Shown piece by piece: positions 60,655-64,000 of a stretch of DNA of 64,000 nt. The notes under the pieces were generated by a model. It worked only from the letters and a program-made list of their open reading frames with translations. It had not been told where the DNA came from and did not search any database. This DNA comes from Endomicrobiales bacterium (lineage in GTDB: Bacteria; Elusimicrobiota; Endomicrobiia; Endomicrobiales; JAFGGC01), in the NCBI GenBank assembly GCA_016930715.1, contig JAFGGC010000012.1:8454-72453 (forward strand), written 5' to 3'. Each line of letters begins with the position of its first letter. The stretch's first letter is position 1. Made by a program: the position numbers and the translations under genes.

Positions 60655-61536
60655 ATGATCCCCAAAGAGATACTGGCTCAAATACGAAAAATTGAAATAC
60701 GTTCCGGCAAGCTCGTTAACGAGGTTTTCGCCGGGCAGTACTCGAGCGTCTTCAAGGGGCGCGGCATGGAATTTTCAGAAGTCCGCGAATACGCGCCGGG
60801 AGACGACGTCCGCACGATAGACTGGAACGTGACGGCTCGCTACGGCAGGCCTTTCATAAAGAAATTCGTGGAAGAGAGGGAGTTGACTGTTATTCTTCTT
60901 CTTGACGTTTCCGGCTCGCAGAGGTTCGGAACCAGAAACAAGCTTAAAAGCGAGCTCGTGGCGGAGCTTACAAGCGTCCTGGCGTTCTCGGCCATAAAGA
61001 ACAACGACCGCGTGGGCATGATAATGTTCACCGACAAGGTGGAAAAGGTAATCCCTCCGAAAAAAGGCCGCAACCACATCTTACGGCTCATACGCGAGGC
61101 GCTGTACTTCAAACCAAGCGGAACAGGGACGGATATCGGCGCCGCCCTTGAATACCTAAACGAGCTATGGCGCAGGAAAGCGGTGGTTTTTCTCCTTTCC
61201 GACTTCCGCGGAAAGAACTACGACAGCGCGCTAAAGATCACCTCAAAAAGACACGACCTGATCGCCGTGAAGTTCGAGGACCCTGCCGAAAAAGCCATTC
61301 CGCGCGGCGCTCTGATCGACCTGGAAGACACCGAGAACGGCACGCGGTTGACGATAGACTCGGACGATGAAATTTTTCTCAGAGAATACTCCGAAAGGAC
61401 CCGCAGGGAAGATGAAACGCTTAAAAGGCTCCTATCAAGATCAAACACCGACGCCATCACGGTTTCAACCGACAAACCGTACATTCTTTCCCTGATAAGG
61501 TTCTTTAAATCCAGGGAAAAACGCCTGGCGCACTGA
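60655..61536 (+). CDS. DUF58 domain protein (MoxR-associated, VWA-like)
   Basis: …REYAPGDDVRTIDWNVTAR… is the DUF58 signature. Confidence 0.85.
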   Translation: MIPKEILAQIRKIEIRSGKLVNEVFAGQYSSVFKGRGMEFSEVREYAPGDDVRTIDWNVTARYGRPFIKKFVEERELTVILLLDVSGSQRFGTRNKLKSELVAELTSVLAFSAIKNNDRVGMIMFTDKVEKVIPPKKGRNHILRLIREALYFKPSGTGTDIGAALEYLNELWRRKAVVFLLSDFRGKNYDSALKITSKRHDLIAVKFEDPAEKAIPRGALIDLEDTENGTRLTIDSDDEIFLREYSERTRREDETLKRLLSRSNTDAITVSTDKPYILSLIRFFKSREKRLAH

Positions 61537-61543
61537 TAACCCT

Positions 61544-62431
61544 ATGAGAAATAAGCTGCTACTATTATCAACACTTGTTTTCCTCGTTCCGGCCGCAATG
61601 TCGGCGGAAGGCCCTTCAATCACGGCTTCCACCGATAAAACCACGATTACGATCGGCGGCAGATTGACGTACACGGTGAGCTTTACTCCGGCCGAAGGCG
61701 AAAAACTCGTCATACCGCAAAAAACGGAATCTATCGGCACCTGGGAAGTGAAAAACCTCGCCGTCTCCGATCCTGAAGGTCCGGCGAAACTCGTTTATAC
61801 CCTTACCACTTTCACTACGGGCCTGGTCGAGATACCGGAAACCTTTTTTTTCTACCAAAAGGGCGCCGAACGGAAGCAACTAAAAACGTCGAAAATCCCC
61901 ATAACAGTGGAAAGCGTGCTGGCCAAGCTTGGAACCTCGGCAGACATAAGGGACATCAAGCCGCCGATGAAAGTCCCCGTGCCGGCATCGGAATACGCGC
62001 TGTGGCTCCTGATCCTTGCAGCCATTGCCGCAGGCGCTTACGCGTGGTATGCCCACTACAGAAAACGCCTTGAAAAAAACCTTCCGGCCGCAGCCGAAAC
62101 GCCGGTCCCTCCGTACCAGAAAGCCCTTCAAGAGCTGGATAAACTGCGAGACTCCGGGCTAATAAGGGAAGGCCGGATAAAGGAATTCTACATTTCCCTC
62201 TATGACATAATAAGGGATTACATAGCCGCCGTTTATTCCATCGAAACAAGGGACAGGACGACCAGCGAGATAATCGCCGACTTGAGGCCCAAGGAAACCG
62301 ACAGAAAACTCGTGTCGGAGATTAAGGACTTCTTCGATGACTGCGACCTGGTCAAATTCGCTAAATACAGGCCCGATGAAACCGCCTGTTCGGACGACTG
62401 GGAACGGGCGAAGAAACTGGTCGAATTATGA
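61544..62431 (+). CDS. Bat-operon membrane protein (BatD-like N-terminal domain + TM + DUF4381-like tail)
   Basis: Signal peptide, beta-rich ectodomain, one TM helix (LWLLILAAIAAGAYAWY), and a helical tail ending …DLVKFAKYRP…. Assignment rests on position in the Bat operon. Confidence 0.55.
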   Translation: MRNKLLLLSTLVFLVPAAMSAEGPSITASTDKTTITIGGRLTYTVSFTPAEGEKLVIPQKTESIGTWEVKNLAVSDPEGPAKLVYTLTTFTTGLVEIPETFFFYQKGAERKQLKTSKIPITVESVLAKLGTSADIRDIKPPMKVPVPASEYALWLLILAAIAAGAYAWYAHYRKRLEKNLPAAAETPVPPYQKALQELDKLRDSGLIREGRIKEFYISLYDIIRDYIAAVYSIETRDRTTSEIIADLRPKETDRKLVSEIKDFFDDCDLVKFAKYRPDETACSDDWERAKKLVEL

Positions 62432-63426
62432 GATTTGCCGATCCGATTTACATCATTCTGCTTCTGGTATTCGCGGCCGCGGCATACTTCGCGGAGAAAA
62501 AACTCGCGCGCAAAAAGGAAGCCGTCATATCATTCTCCGGAACGGACGGGTTTTCCGGCATAAACCCGTCGCCCAGATTGAAACTCCGCTTCATTCCCAA
62601 GGCCGCTTATTACGCCGCGATAGCCCTGGTTTTTTTCGCGATGGCGCGGCCCCAGGCAGGCCAGAAGACGGAAGAGATATACAACCAGGGCGTGGACATA
62701 ATGCTCGTGCTTGACACCTCCACCAGCATGCAGGCGATAGATTTCAGGCCGCACAACCGTTTCGAGGCGACCAAAAAGGTCGCCAAGGAATTCGCGAAAC
62801 AAAGAAAGACGGACAGGATAGGCATAGTGGTGTTCGCCGGCCTTGCATTCACGCAGTGCCCGTTCACGGCCGACATCGATTCGGTCCTCGACTTCATTGA
62901 CCAGTGCGAGATAGGAATGACCGAGGTCGACGGAACGGCGATAGGCTCGGCGATAGCCACGGCCTCGAACCGCCTGAAGGACTCGAAGGGCAAAAGCAAG
63001 GTTATGATACTCATAACGGACGGCAGGAACAACTCCGGCGAGATAGACCCGCTCACGGCCGCCCAGGCCGCGGCGGCCCTGGACGTAAAAATTTACGCCA
63101 TAGGTGCCGGCAAGCCCGGAGGAGCGCTTTTCCCGGTCAATGACCCCGTTTTCGGCCGGCGCTACGTGAAGGTCCCCGAGCAGGAACTCGACGAGGACAC
63201 GCTTGCCAAGGTCGCCGAGGCGACGGGCGGGAGGTACTTCAGGGCGACGGACACCGCTTCGCTCGAACGCATAATGGGCCAGATAAACGAAATGGAAAAA
63301 ACTGACGTCAAGTCCATAAAATACACGAATTACACGGAGCTTTTTTCATACTTTCTGTGGCCGGCGTTCATTCTCTTCGGATTCGGGATATTCATAGGGA
63401 ATACCTGGCTAAAAAAAATTCCGTAA
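62428..63426 (+). CDS. batA: VWA domain membrane protein BatA
   Basis: Two N-terminal TM helices, VWA MIDAS (DTSTSM…), C-terminal TM. Its start overlaps the upstream stop. Confidence 0.85.
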   Translation: MRFADPIYIILLLVFAAAAYFAEKKLARKKEAVISFSGTDGFSGINPSPRLKLRFIPKAAYYAAIALVFFAMARPQAGQKTEEIYNQGVDIMLVLDTSTSMQAIDFRPHNRFEATKKVAKEFAKQRKTDRIGIVVFAGLAFTQCPFTADIDSVLDFIDQCEIGMTEVDGTAIGSAIATASNRLKDSKGKSKVMILITDGRNNSGEIDPLTAAQAAAALDVKIYAIGAGKPGGALFPVNDPVFGRRYVKVPEQELDEDTLAKVAEATGGRYFRATDTASLERIMGQINEMEKTDVKSIKYTNYTELFSYFLWPAFILFGFGIFIGNTWLKKIP

Positions 63427-63478
63427 TGCGTACGACTTTATGAATCTCAAATCTGAGATTTGAAATGACTTCTAAACC

Positions 63479-64000
63479 ATGAACTTCGAACACCCGTATC
63501 TGCTACTTATGCTGTTCCTGGTTCCGGCGCTCGCCGCGGCGTACTTTTACTGGTTCGCCCGGAAGAGAAAGCTGATGGAGCGCTTTGCTGACGCGCGGCT
63601 CCTGCCCAAGATATCGACGCTGGACGCGAGGCTCCAGCACTTGAAAGCGCTATTGAACGTTTCGGCCGCTTTCTTCATAATAACGGCTCTCGCTCGCCCG
63701 CAGTTCGGCACGAAAATAGTCGAAGTCAGACAGTCTTCCTCAGACATCGTCATAGCGGTCGACGTGTCGAAAAGCATGCTGGCCGAAGACGTAAAGCCCA
63801 GCCGCCTTGCGAAGGCAAAGGAACTTCTCTCGGCGCTGATAAACCAGCTCGGCGGCAACAGGGTCGGCATCATCGCGTTCGCTGGGACCGCCTTCTGGCA
63901 GTGCCCGCTGACTCACGACCTGTCAAGCGCGAAAATGTTCCTTCAAATAATGGACGCCAACCTCATTCCGCTAGGCGGCACGGCCATAGGCGACGCCATA
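63479..64000 (+). CDS. batB: VWA domain membrane protein BatB-like (partial, continues past window)
   Basis: Own translation from the ATG at 63479: MNFEHPYLLLMLFLVPALAAAYFYWF… then VWA MIDAS (AVDVSKSM). In frame to the window end. Confidence 0.8.
   Translation, partial: MNFEHPYLLLMLFLVPALAAAYFYWFARKRKLMERFADARLLPKISTLDARLQHLKALLNVSAAFFIITALARPQFGTKIVEVRQSSSDIVIAVDVSKSMLAEDVKPSRLAKAKELLSALINQLGGNRVGIIAFAGTAFWQCPLTHDLSSAKMFLQIMDANLIPLGGTAIGDAI

Noticed and set aside
1-64000. Looked for mobile or defence content: CRISPR arrays, transposases, integrases, reverse transcriptases, restriction or toxin-antitoxin pairs, and a duplicated tRNA 3' end marking an island.
   Set aside because: None was found. 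Gene content is housekeeping, redox and envelope throughout. I noticed no direct repeat of the tRNA-Thr 3' end. This was checked by eye only, so a computational repeat search would be needed for certainty.

Overview
This is a gene-dense chromosomal window of about 75 protein genes and one tRNA. The host looks like an uncultured, strictly anaerobic, diderm bacterium. I found no transposase, integrase, reverse transcriptase, CRISPR array or prophage, so this is core or metabolic genome rather than an obvious mobile island.

Main blocks:
- 0.6-5.8 kb: a five-gene MacB/Lol-like ABC export operon with a LolA-fold protein and its own outer-membrane barrel.
- 5.8-20 kb: mixed envelope and signalling genes, including two GGDEF proteins, an M23 peptidase, a GT/radical-SAM-SPASM/methyltransferase trio, two MscS channels and a nucleosidase-like/SPL-like radical SAM/aldo-keto reductase operon.
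- 21.1-25.3 kb: tRNA-Thr(UGU) followed by an HK / triple-receiver / HK / REC phosphorelay cluster.
- 25.4-31 kb: uppP, PBP1A and an orphan catalytically degenerate CheB-like protein coupled to a DUF360 membrane protein.
- 31-33.7 kb: 2-oxoacid:ferredoxin oxidoreductase.
- 33.8-42.9 kb: a 9-kb single-strand oxygen-defence and Fe-S island. It runs PerR, rubredoxin, ferritin-like, NifS, NifU, TusA-like, flavodiiron protein, superoxide reductase, orphan PTS enzyme I, Grx-like, TrxB-like, rubrerythrin.
- 43-51.5 kb: tatA-tatC-DUF362, a polyferredoxin and a thiol-redox cluster.
- 51.5-59.5 kb: wecB/wecA-like, aconitase, proA and a GDT1 transporter.
- 59.5-64 kb: the start of a MoxR/DUF58/BatA/BatB operon.

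No single blockbuster system is evident. The best leads are:
- an unclassified terminator-type leader RNA upstream of a 66-aa ORF and an EamA exporter;
- a NifS homolog that lacks the PLP lysine;
- a dispersed four-copy 12-mer composite repeat, together with related intergenic word-palindromes;
- tatAC overlapping a Tat-signal DUF362 gene;
- a pseudo-CheB/DUF360 pair;
- several promoters placed for leaderless translation.
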